Shown here: positions 8,614 to 17,700 of the stretch, piece after piece
Layout: each line of letters opens with the position of its first letter
Numbering within the stretch: the stretch's first letter is position 1
NCBI GenBank assembly: GCA_031367385.1
Contig: JANLPS010000365.1
Location: 1-20,182 of the forward strand
Origin: Archangium sp.
GTDB taxonomy: Bacteria > Myxococcota > Myxococcia > Myxococcales > Myxococcaceae
Length of the DNA stretch: 20,182 nucleotides
Reading direction: 5' to 3'
The notes under the pieces: model-generated
The model's input: the letters and a program-made list of their open reading frames with translations, nothing else
What the model was told of the DNA's origin: nothing
Database searches by the model: none
Program-made: the position numbers and the translations under genes

Positions 8614-9557
8614 GCTCGTTGCTGCTCGCGCTGCTGGTGAGCTTGCCCGTCGACCCGCTCGCACCGGGCAGGCCCTCGGTTCTGCGCGGGCACACCGACG
8701 CCGTCACCGCCCTCGCCTTCAGCCCTGACGGAGGCACCTTGGCGTCGGCCAGTCGCGACGCCTCGATTCGGCTCTGGAGCCTCGAATCGGGTGCCGAAAA
8801 GAGCGCCATCGCTGGAGACAAGTCGGCGACCAACGCGATCGCCTTCAGCCCTGACGGCACCACCCTCGCGACCGGCACCGTCGAGCTTCAGGTTCGCTTG
8901 CTCGACTTGACGACCGGGGCCATCAAGCGCGTCATCGCCTTCCCCGACGCGGTGATGGAGCTCGCCTTCAGCCCCGACGGCACGCTGGTGGTCGTCAGTG
9001 GGCCAAGTGGGTTGACCACTCTTTTCACCGTCGCCGACGGCAAACAGCGGCCCTTCAACCTGCGCGGCCGGAGCGCCAAGTTCAGCGGCGATGGCAAGAC
9101 CCTCGCGCTGGGGTTACCGGGGGGCGGCATCACCTTGGTCGACTCCGCCACCGGCAAGACCAAGAAGAGCATCGCGACGCCGAACCATGCGCCGATGATC
9201 ACCTTCAGCGCTGATGGCAAGACCCTCGCCACCTGGAGCGCGAAAGACCGAGCGATTCGCCTCTGGAGCGCGGTGACCGGTAAGTCTCTGGGAGCGCTGT
9301 CGCTGCCAGCCGCAAAGGACCCGTTCGAAAATGCGCCGCCGACCACGTTGAGCGCCTTGGCGCTCTCGGCGAGCGGGGCACTCGCGGTCAGCGTCTCAGC
9401 CGATCTCCACCTGCGCGTGTGGGACGTGGAGAAGAAGTCGGTGTTGGTGACCTACCCGCTGGAGCGAGAGGGCGCCGTTGCGCTCAGCCCCGATGCTTCG
9501 CAGGTCGCGGTCGCGGACGGAGCGCAAATCAAGATCTGGCCCACGCGGCCGCACTGA
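8610..9557 (+). CDS. Secreted WD40-repeat beta-propeller protein
   Basis: Signal-like [28 protein letters not shown]...[11 protein letters not shown] and repeated AFSPDG/FSADG units; GTGA overlap with the moaC stop. Confidence 0.9.
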   Translation: MSSLLLALLVSLPVDPLAPGRPSVLRGHTDAVTALAFSPDGGTLASASRDASIRLWSLESGAEKSAIAGDKSATNAIAFSPDGTTLATGTVELQVRLLDLTTGAIKRVIAFPDAVMELAFSPDGTLVVVSGPSGLTTLFTVADGKQRPFNLRGRSAKFSGDGKTLALGLPGGGITLVDSATGKTKKSIATPNHAPMITFSADGKTLATWSAKDRAIRLWSAVTGKSLGALSLPAAKDPFENAPPTTLSALALSASGALAVSVSADLHLRVWDVEKKSVLVTYPLEREGAVALSPDASQVAVADGAQIKIWPTRPH

Positions 9558-9605
9558 GGCCCCCGTTCGACCGCTTCGTGTCACACGCGCCCGACCCAAC
9601 CCAGC

Positions 9606-10523
9606 TCAGTAGTCGTCGAGAATGAACTTGCGCGGGTTCTGCGCGATGCCGTTCACGCGAACTTCGTAGTGCAGGTGCGGCCCCGTCGAGCGCCCGGTGT
9701 TGCCGATGTTGGCGATCTCTTGGCCACGCTTGATCTTGTCGCCTGGCTTGACCCGAATGCTCGCCAAGTGCCCGTACCGGGTCTTGATGCCGTACCCATG
9801 GTCGATCACCAACACATTGCCGTACCCGCCTTCGAGCCCGGCGAACACCACCGTACCGTCTGACGGAGCGATCACGTCTTTGCCATGCGGCCCGGCGATA
9901 TCGAGCCCGGCGTGCATGACGCGCTCGCTCGTATACGGGTCGAGGCGCGAACCGAAGTCAGAGGTGACCCAACCACGGGTGGGCCACACCGACGGCACCG
10001 ACGCCAAGCGTGAGCTCTGCGACTGAAAATAGGCCTGCAACTCCTGAAGGCTCTGCTCTTGCCGGGTCGCCTCGGCCGACAGCTTCTCGAGCTTGCCCGA
10101 CAGCGCCTGCGGCGACTCTTCAGCCTTGTTTCGCACGAACAGGTTCGGCGCCCCGCCCACGCCCGGAGACTCAGGCTCGGTCGGCCCCATCGCCAGGTTG
10201 CGTTGCGGGTCAGAAAGCGTCGTAATTGCTCGCAGTTTTTGGTCAAACCGCTCGACGCGGTCAATGGTCGAGCTGACGTAGTCGAGCTTCTCGCGAATCA
10301 GCGCCAGCTCACTCTTGAGCTTCAGGTTCTCTTCGCGCAACGAAGGGTTCTCTCGGGCTTCAGAGACGACCGAGAAATAATGCACCGTTGAGAGCACGAT
10401 GACGGCCACGAGCACGCCCACCAAGGCAAGCGCTTGGAAGACCCAGCGGCGGCGAAGGCGATAGCGCTTCACCTCCGCGTGACGATCTGGAACGACGATG
10501 AGGGTAAAACTCTCGTTCGCCAA
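9606..10523 (-). CDS. M23 (LytM) family peptidoglycan DD-endopeptidase with TM and coiled coil
   Basis: N-terminal TM, coiled coil, PSVWPTRGWVTSDFG, HAGLD (HxxxD), YGHL, GRSTGPHLHYEV (HxH); AAAGGGG RBS before TTG. Confidence 0.93.
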   Translation of the reverse strand: MANESFTLIVVPDRHAEVKRYRLRRRWVFQALALVGVLVAVIVLSTVHYFSVVSEARENPSLREENLKLKSELALIREKLDYVSSTIDRVERFDQKLRAITTLSDPQRNLAMGPTEPESPGVGGAPNLFVRNKAEESPQALSGKLEKLSAEATRQEQSLQELQAYFQSQSSRLASVPSVWPTRGWVTSDFGSRLDPYTSERVMHAGLDIAGPHGKDVIAPSDGTVVFAGLEGGYGNVLVIDHGYGIKTRYGHLASIRVKPGDKIKRGQEIANIGNTGRSTGPHLHYEVRVNGIAQNPRKFILDDY

Positions 10524-10582
10524 CAGACGCCCCTTTAAGACATTTGAGCCCGCGGTGGAGGCCCCTGGAGTGGGCGCGCACC

Positions 10583-10647
10583 TTCTCCCACGGCCCCTTC
10601 ACTTGCAACTGAATTTCACCGAAATTCAGCGAGCTAACGTGGGAGAA
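10583..10647 (-). other. Nested inverted repeats (candidate structured RNA or regulatory element) between the PP2C and M23 genes
   Basis: TTCTCCCACG (10583-10592) is the exact reverse complement of CGTGGGAGAA (10638-10647). These enclose the perfect IR CTGAATTTC-ACC-GAAATTCAG (10609-10629). Confidence 0.6.
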
Positions 10648-10651
10648 TGCC

Positions 10652-11482
10652 TCACATTTTCTCGACATCAACGATGCGTACGACGATGCACGTGATGTTG
10701 TCGTCGCCGCCTCTTTCGTTGGCGAGATCAACCAATTTTTTCGGAGCTTCTTTGAACTCCGACGAGCTGATCACCTGACGAATTTCATTGTCGTCAACCA
10801 GGTTCGCGAGGCCGTCTGAGCAGAGCATGAACGAATCGCCTTCTTCGACGGCGATGCCCATGACGTCGACCTGCACCTCTTCTTCGAAGCCAACCGACCG
10901 GGTGATGATGTTTTTGTACCGCGAGTGCTTGGCCTCTTCAGCAGTAATCATGCCGGCTTTGATCTGCTCATTGACCAATGAGTGGTCTTCGCTGATCTGC
11001 TGAATCAGGTCGCCGCGCACCAAATAGGCCCGGCTATCGCCGACATGGCCAAAGAGCGCATGCCCACGGTGTACGCAAAGTGAGATGACCGTCGTGCCCA
11101 TGCCGGCCAGCCGCGAGTCTTCTTGTGCAGCTCGGTAAATCTCAAGACACGCCTTCTCGACAGCGCCGCGCAAGAACTCAGGCAGCGGCGAGTCTTGGAG
11201 ATCAGCCGTCGAGGCAAAAGGGTTTTCGGGGTGCGCCTTGGCCGCGCGCATTTCGCGGTCGATGGTCTCGACAGCGATGCGCGAGGCGGTACCGCCGCCA
11301 GCGTGCCCGCCCATGCCATCTGCGACGACGTAGAGCTGGAGCTCTTCGTCAACCAGGTAACTGTCTTCGTTATGGTTTCGCTTCCGACCGACGTCGGTAA
11401 GACCAGCCGACACTGCCTTCAGACGAGACCCAGCCGTTTTCGCCACGGCGCGCAGGTTAGGCGGACCCATCGTTGACAGCAA
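10652..11482 (-). CDS. PP2C-family (Stp1/IreP-type) Ser/Thr protein phosphatase
   Basis: TDVGRKRNHNEDS, VADGMGGHAGG, GMGTT, HVGDSRAY, DHS, NIITRSVG, CSDGL, GGDDNIT. Start TTG 11482 or ATG 11470. Confidence 0.95.
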   Translation of the reverse strand: MLSTMGPPNLRAVAKTAGSRLKAVSAGLTDVGRKRNHNEDSYLVDEELQLYVVADGMGGHAGGGTASRIAVETIDREMRAAKAHPENPFASTADLQDSPLPEFLRGAVEKACLEIYRAAQEDSRLAGMGTTVISLCVHRGHALFGHVGDSRAYLVRGDLIQQISEDHSLVNEQIKAGMITAEEAKHSRYKNIITRSVGFEEEVQVDVMGIAVEEGDSFMLCSDGLANLVDDNEIRQVISSSEFKEAPKKLVDLANERGGDDNITCIVVRIVDVEKM

Positions 11483-11491
11483 GGAAGCGTT

Positions 11492-13219
11492 TCAACCAAG
11501 TCTCCGTTCTCGGGCGGGAGGTTGATTTCGCTTGCGCCCGCGCGCTGCCTTCACTGTGCGCGCAGCGGAGCGCAGCAGGGCCTCGGCGGCGCCAAGGGCC
11601 TCACGGGTAACCTCGACCCCAGAGAGCATTCGCGCAACCTCCCGAGTCCTGGGCTCTCCGGCGTCGAGGTTCTTGACCACCGAGCGGGTACGCCCGCGAA
11701 CCTCGCCTTTTTCGATGCGCAGGTGCACGTCTGCATGTGCGGCAACCTGCGGCAAATGGGTGATGCAGAGCACCTGCCTGTGCGAGCTGACCTCTTTGAT
11801 CAGCCGGCCCACGGCATCGGCCACCGCGCCCCCCACGCCCGCGTCGGCCTCGTCGAACACCGAGCAGACGCAGCCATCGCTGCCAGCGAGCACCGACTTG
11901 ATCGCCAGCATCACTCTCGAGGCTTCACCGCCCGAAGCGACCTTCACCAGCGGCCTCGGAGGCTCGCCCAAGTTGGCCGAGAACAGCAGCTGCACCGCGT
12001 CGGCCCCCTCGGCACCCAAGGCCACCGGATGCATCTCGACCTCGAAACGAGCCTTCGCCATCGCCAGCCGTGAAAAGCCCTGCTGCACTGCTTCAGTCAG
12101 GCGCTCTGCGGCCTCGACGCGAGCCCCAGTTACCTCGAGCGCGAGCTTGGCGGCCGACGCGCGAAGGGTGACGAGCTCAGCGTCGACCTCAGCCCGCCGT
12201 TTGCCCCGCTGCTGAAGCTCGGCGAGCTCGGCGGCGAGTGACTCGCGCTTGGCGATGACTCCCTCGAGCGGCGCCGCGTGCTTTCGACACAACCGTCGCA
12301 GCGCATCGAGGCGATCATCGACCTCGCTCAAACGCGCAGGGTCAGACTCGAGGCTGCTCAAGTACCGAGACAGCCCCCTGGCCGCGTCATCGAGCTCGGC
12401 CTGAGCCGCGGCGAGCGATTGCCGCACTGGCGACAGGGTCGGGTCGACCTTCTCGGCCTCGGTGACGAGCTGCAGCGCCCGGCTGGCCAGCTCCAACGCG
12501 GCCCCATCGCGGGTCGACACCAGCTCTTCGCACGAGGCGGCCGATTGCCGCAGCTTCTCGGTCGAGGCCAACCGTCGCCGCTCGACCTCGAGCAGCGCGT
12601 CTTCGCCGGGCCCGGGTTTGACCCGGTCGATCTCTTCGAGCTGAAAGGTCAGAAACTCAGCCCGGGTGTGCACTTGCGAATCGTCACCGCCCAGCGCCTG
12701 CAACCGCGACTCGGCCTCTCGCAGCAGCGCCCAGGTCGCACGGTACGGCACCAGCGGCCCCTGCTCGACCTCCCCAAAGCGATCGACCAGCGACAAATGC
12801 CGAGACGCATCGAAGAGCGCCATGTGCTCGTGCTGCCCCGCGATGTCGACCAGCCCCTTCATCAGCCGCGCGAGCACCCCGACGGTGGCCAGGGCGCCAT
12901 TCACGTGCACCTTGCCCCGCCCGTTTCGCCCGACAGTGCGGCGAATGCTGACCTCGTCACCCTCGTCGGGCAACCCGGCCTCTTGCAGCCGTTGCCCCAG
13001 CACTTCGGAGCGCTCGAAGACCCCCTCGAGGGTGGTCTCATCGGCCCCAGCGCGCACCACATCGGCCTCGGCCCGACCTCCGGCGAGCAAGCTCAGGGCG
13101 TCGATCAGAATCGACTTCCCCGCTCCGGTTTCACCCGTGAGCACCGTCAGCCCAGGCCCAAAAGCGACCTCAACTTCTTCCATCACCGCAAAGTTCGTCA
13201 GCCGCAGAGAAACGAGCAT
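11492..13219 (-). CDS. recN: DNA repair protein RecN
   Basis: Walker A TGETGAGKS, GQHE, long coiled coil, VASGGE signature, FDEADAGVGG, QVLCITHLPQVAA, EVARMLSG; GGAGG RBS 8 nt before ATG 13219. Confidence 0.97.
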   Translation of the reverse strand: MLVSLRLTNFAVMEEVEVAFGPGLTVLTGETGAGKSILIDALSLLAGGRAEADVVRAGADETTLEGVFERSEVLGQRLQEAGLPDEGDEVSIRRTVGRNGRGKVHVNGALATVGVLARLMKGLVDIAGQHEHMALFDASRHLSLVDRFGEVEQGPLVPYRATWALLREAESRLQALGGDDSQVHTRAEFLTFQLEEIDRVKPGPGEDALLEVERRRLASTEKLRQSAASCEELVSTRDGAALELASRALQLVTEAEKVDPTLSPVRQSLAAAQAELDDAARGLSRYLSSLESDPARLSEVDDRLDALRRLCRKHAAPLEGVIAKRESLAAELAELQQRGKRRAEVDAELVTLRASAAKLALEVTGARVEAAERLTEAVQQGFSRLAMAKARFEVEMHPVALGAEGADAVQLLFSANLGEPPRPLVKVASGGEASRVMLAIKSVLAGSDGCVCSVFDEADAGVGGAVADAVGRLIKEVSSHRQVLCITHLPQVAAHADVHLRIEKGEVRGRTRSVVKNLDAGEPRTREVARMLSGVEVTREALGAAEALLRSAARTVKAARGRKRNQPPARERRLG

Positions 13220-13222
13220 GTA

Positions 13223-13238
13223 CTGCACCTCCGTTCAG
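13223..13238. promoter_or_regulatory. Putative LexA (SOS) box overlapping the recN RBS
   Basis: CTGCACCTCCGTTCAG resembles the Myxococcus xanthus LexA consensus CTRHAMRYBYGTTCAGS (one internal mismatch, plus a mismatch at the final S position). Confidence 0.55.
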
Positions 13239-13268
13239 TTCGCGTGAACCGTACCAGAAGACACTGAC

Positions 13269-13285
13269 ATGTACATTTGTTCAGC
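13269..13285. promoter_or_regulatory. Putative LexA (SOS) box between recN and the TA operon
   Basis: ATGTACATTTGTTCAGC matches CTRHAMRYBYGTTCAGS at 16 of 17 positions and lies upstream of recN, a canonical SOS gene. Confidence 0.7.
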
Positions 13286-13310
13286 CCACGCCGGTTGCCC
13301 CTCGAGAGAG

Positions 13311-13334
13311 ATGACCATATGAAATGACCATGAC
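13311..13334 (+). promoter_or_regulatory. ATGACCAT direct repeats, probable TA autoregulatory operator
   Basis: ATGACCAT at 13311-13318 and 13324-13331, plus an overlapping partial ATGAC at 13330, spanning the antitoxin start. Confidence 0.45.
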
Positions 13335-13554
13335 GAAGACCATCGGAGCTGGGGAGTTCAAAGCCAGGTGCCTGGAGCTCATCGACACGGTGGCGCGAAC
13401 GGGTGCCGACCTGGTCATCACCAAGCGGGGCAAAGCGGTTGCCCGGCTGGCGCCACTGGTGGCGAAGGAGCCGAAGAAATCGCTCAAGGGCAGCGTTCTC
13501 GCCGATGACGATGTCGTCTCTCCTCTCGGCCTCACGTGGGAAGCCGACGAATGA
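13324..13554 (+). CDS. Type II antitoxin, Phd/YefM family
   Basis: KTIGAGEFKARCLELIDTVARTGADLVITKRGKAVARLAP; ATGA overlap with the toxin gene. Confidence 0.93.
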   Translation: MTMTKTIGAGEFKARCLELIDTVARTGADLVITKRGKAVARLAPLVAKEPKKSLKGSVLADDDVVSPLGLTWEADE

Positions 13555-13937
13555 TTCTGCTCGATACCCATGTGTGGGTCTGGTGGGCGGTCGACGGCCC
13601 GAAGCTCTCGAAGGCCGCGAAACGCGTGCTGGCGAAGACTGAACAGAAGGCCATCGCCGACATCACCCTCTGGGAGGTCGCCATGCTCTGCGCGAAGGGC
13701 CGCCTGCGGCTCGATCGCCCAGTTGGCGAATGGCTCGATCAAGCAGTCGAGGAGACGGCCGTCGAGATCGTGCCGATCTCCGCTGCGGTCGCGACCAGGT
13801 CAACTGCGCTCGGTGCCGTCTTCCATGGAGACCCGGCAGATCAACTCATCGCCGCGACCGCATTGGTGCAGGGGCTGGCACTGGTCACCGCCGACGAGCG
13901 GCTCCGTCAGTTCTTGGGCATCGAAACAGTGTGGTAG
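13551..13937 (+). CDS. vapC: Type II toxin, VapC family PIN-domain ribonuclease
   Basis: MILLDTHVWVW, ITLWEVAML..KGRL, HGDPADQLIAATA, LVTADERL (PIN acidic residues present). Confidence 0.93.
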   Translation: MILLDTHVWVWWAVDGPKLSKAAKRVLAKTEQKAIADITLWEVAMLCAKGRLRLDRPVGEWLDQAVEETAVEIVPISAAVATRSTALGAVFHGDPADQLIAATALVQGLALVTADERLRQFLGIETVW

Positions 13938-13941
13938 GCGA

Positions 13942-14715
13942 TCAAGCACCAGATTTCACGCTCTGGGGTTTCTCGGGTTGCTCGGCCTCACCTTGCGCGA
14001 GCCGCGGCCGAAGGTCGATCGCCGCGAGGGCGCCGTAGACCTTTCCCGTTCGGTGCCTCACGTCGAGCGTCGCTGTCGTCCCATCTCGGAGGTACAGCGA
14101 CACCAGATTCGATTGGCCCGCGCCGACGGCGCTGAGGTCTTCGATGAGAAATGCCCGCCGGCCGAAGCGAATCGCACGTCTGGTGACCGCGTAAGGCGTT
14201 GCGTCGTTCAACGCCGACACAACGAACAAAGCGCTCGAAATGATCACGCCGATCATCGAAATGAAGTGCAGGTCAGCGAAACCGGTAGACCCCCACCACG
14301 GCAGAGCCGCGATGGCTGCTGAAACGGCCGCTGACAGGGTGTGAGCGCTCGGCTGAAGAACCGACAAGCGCCCCTGAATTTCGAACGGGAGGTGCCCTCG
14401 AAGCTCGGTGACGAGCTCGAGCGGTGTGACGCCCTTCGGTTCGAGCCGCAGCCACGCGAAACATGAGCGCGCCGCCGCTGCTGCCCGGGCCCGCTCCTGG
14501 CTGAGCCGCATGACGAGTGGGCCGGCGGAGTCGTGCCGGATCAGCTCCAATTCGGCCTCGAGCTCGGCCGGCGTATCAAGCAACTCCCTCAGGTCGAGGT
14601 GCCGATACCAATCGCGTCGGCGCAAGGCGCTGGCGATTGTGTGCCACTTCGAGACCGCAGCTTCGACGGTCTCGATCCGGCCTTCGAGGCGAATCCGAAG
14701 CTCGGCCGCGATCAC
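13942..14715 (-). CDS. Hypothetical membrane protein (two TM helices, possible bacterial PH-like C-terminus)
   Basis: 257-aa ORF exactly filling the gap; GTGA overlap with the SNF2 stop; hydrophobic segments AAVSAAIAALPWW and FISMIGVIISSALFVVSAL. Confidence 0.7.
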   Translation of the reverse strand: MIAAELRIRLEGRIETVEAAVSKWHTIASALRRRDWYRHLDLRELLDTPAELEAELELIRHDSAGPLVMRLSQERARAAAAARSCFAWLRLEPKGVTPLELVTELRGHLPFEIQGRLSVLQPSAHTLSAAVSAAIAALPWWGSTGFADLHFISMIGVIISSALFVVSALNDATPYAVTRRAIRFGRRAFLIEDLSAVGAGQSNLVSLYLRDGTTATLDVRHRTGKVYGALAAIDLRPRLAQGEAEQPEKPQSVKSGA

Positions 14716-17700
14716 TCTTCCATCTTGAAGAGATCTTCCACGTCACGCTCGGTCAGGGCCTTGCCGACATCAGAATCGGTGCCCAACACCCCCGCGGCGA
14801 GCTCTCGCTTGCGCTGCTGCAGCGCGAGAATCTTCTCTTCGACCGTATTGCGCGTAATCAGCTTGTAGCTGAACACCGCCCGCGTCTGCCCGATGCGGTG
14901 CGTGCGGTCAGTCGCCTGATCTTCGACCGCCGGGTTCCACCACGGGTCGTAGTGAATCACGTAGTCAGCCGCGGTCAGGTTCAAGCCCGTACCTCCGGCC
15001 TTGAGTGAGATGAAGAAGATCGGAGGCCCCTTCGGGTCATTGAACTCATCGACCTTGGCCATGCGGTCGCGCGTACGCCCATCGAGATACAGATACGGCA
15101 TCTGCTGCGCATCAGCCTGCGTCTTCAAGATCTCGAGCATCTCGGTGAACTGGCTGAACACCAGCGCCCGGTGCCCTTCGCGGGTGAGCTCATCGACGAG
15201 CTCTTGAAAGCGAACCAACTTCGCCGAGGGCGGCAACTGCGTACCCGGCGGCAACTTCAGCAACCGCGGGTCGCAGCACACCTGGCGCAGCCGCATCAGC
15301 GCCGACAGAATCGACATGCGCGACTTGTTGAAGCCCTGCTTCTCGATCTGGTCGTAGACCTTGCGCCGGCTCTCCTCGAGCACCTCTTTGTAGAGCGCCG
15401 CCTGCCCGGGATCCATGTCGACCCAGGTGATGACCTCGGTCTTCGGAGGCAGGTCTTTGGCCACTTCAGTCTTCAGCCGCCGCAGAATGAACGGGTGAAT
15501 GCGCTTCTTGAGCCGCTCACGCACGCCCATGTCGGCCTGCATCATGATCGGGTGCTCGAAGCGGTCGTGAAACCCTTCGGCGTTGCCCAAGAACCCAGGC
15601 ATCAAGAAGTCGAAGATGCTCCACAGCTCAGTCAGCCGGTTCTCCAACGGAGTACCCGTGAGCGCCACCCGGTGATCGGCATCGACCGACTTGCACGCCT
15701 GCGCGGTCGCCGAGTCGGCGTTCTTGATGTTCTGCGCCTCGTCGAGAATCACGGTGCGAAACTTCACCTTCTGCAGCTCGACGATGTCGCGGCGAATCAG
15801 CGCGTACGAGGTGAGCACCACGTCGGTCTTGGTCAGCTGATCGACGAAGTCACGCCGATCGGCCCCGTGCCAGACCAACTTGGTGAGCGAGGGCACGAAC
15901 TTCTCGATCTCGCGCTCCCAGTTCGGCAGCACGCTCGTCGGAGCGACCACCAACACCGGCGCATGCCCGTGCTCGTTCTTGATCTTCAGCAACATCGCCA
16001 GGGCCTGCACCGTCTTGCCCAAGCCCATGTCGTCGGCGAGCACGCCCGACAACCCATGCCTGAACAAGAACCACAGCCACGACAACCCGGCCTCTTGATA
16101 GTGGCGCAGCGTCGCGTTCAGCCCATCGGGCGCCTTGACCGCGGGTATGCCGTCGATCTCTCGCAGCTCAGCGATGGCCTTGCGGGCCTTCGCTTCAATT
16201 TCGACGTCACCAATCGTGGCGAGCAGGTCGAGCGCGGTCGCCTGGTACAGCGGCAAGCGCGTCTTGGTCTTGCCGGGCATCGCACCGGCCTCTTCGAGCA
16301 GGTTCGCGACGAGCCTCAGCTCAGCCGGGTCGGCCTCGGCGAAGCTGCCGTCTTTGAGCGGTATGAACTTGCGCCCTGAGTCGAGAAACAAGCGCACCGC
16401 GCCCAGGTCGACCTTTTGATCATCGGCCTCGAACTCCGCATCGAGCTCGAACCAATTCACGCTGGCCATGTTGACGCGAACCTTGGGCTTGAGCTTCGAG
16501 CGCAGGCGCACGCGGGGGGCGGCGGCGGCGAAGATCTCCCATGCCTTGGGCAGGTTCGGCCGGCCATGCGCCCAGAACTCAATCGCCGCGTCGCCGTGCG
16601 CTTCGAACGCGCGGTCGGGCTCGCTGTACCGAAAGCGGCTCTCGGTGAGCAGCTTGGCGGCGCCGCGCTCGGCGATCTCTTGCCGCAAGAACAGCTTGCG
16701 ATCTTCACCTGAGCCACCGCTCGCGTAGCCTAAGTGTGCGCTCGAGGTGCTCACCGGCACGGTCACCGAGGTGCCGTACTTCGCGGCGAGCTGCGCCTTC
16801 ACGTAGTCAGGGCGGCCCTCGAGCGTGAGCATGAACTTCGGCTCGGTCTTGTCGTCGACCTCGATGCCATCGGCCTGCAGGCTGAGCCGAAAGCGCGGCA
16901 GGTGCGCGGCGAAGAACGACAGCGCCCGGTCGAGCTGATCGGTGGGAAACGACATCGACGGCTCGAGCAACCACTTGCGAAGCAGCCGCGGTGGGAAATC
17001 GGGCTCGAGCACCAGCGCGTTTTGACCGGTGAGCACCCAGCTGCGCCGACCCGACAGCACGACGACCTCTTTCAAGGTCACCGAGTTGCCTTCAGGCATC
17101 TGCAGGTCGATGCGCGCGGTCGCCCCATCAGGGCGGTTCTGCAGCCGAATGATCGGCCGCGCCGGCTCAGCGGGGAACATCAGCGGCGTGCCGCGGTAAA
17201 TCACCCGCCGCGCCTTGAGCAGATCGAGCACGTCGGCCAGGTCGTCATCACCCAGCAACACCTTCGCGTCGTAACGGCTCTCGTGGCGGGAGAGCTCGGC
17301 GAAGACCCGCTCGTCGGCGGGCGTGATGCGCGTGCCGGTCGACAGCAACCGCTTCACCTGCACCGGGCCCTTGGCCTGCTGATCAATGCGGCGCACGTCG
17401 ATGACCCACAGCCGCGACCCGGTCTGCGAGTTGGTCGGCGTCAGCCGGTACACGAATTCAAGGTCAGGCTGCGCCGACAACCCAAGCCAGTTCTCGAGCT
17501 TGGCGAGCGCGGGCAGCACCACTGGCTCAGCGCCAGGCGGCAAATCAGAGACCGGCGGCGAGAGGTCGTCATTGACCGACTCACCGGGCTCGGTCGGCAC
17601 CTGCACCTGCTGCACAGCGGGCGCGGCGTCGACCTGCATCGCCCGAATTCGGGCCAGATAGATGAGCGCCGCGGCGACCACATGCTTGCAGTGCGGGCCT

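Noticed and set aside
8700..9240. Repeated GCCTTCAGCCCTGACGG-like DNA motifs
   Set aside because: Explained by WD40 AFSPDG protein repeats; not CRISPR.
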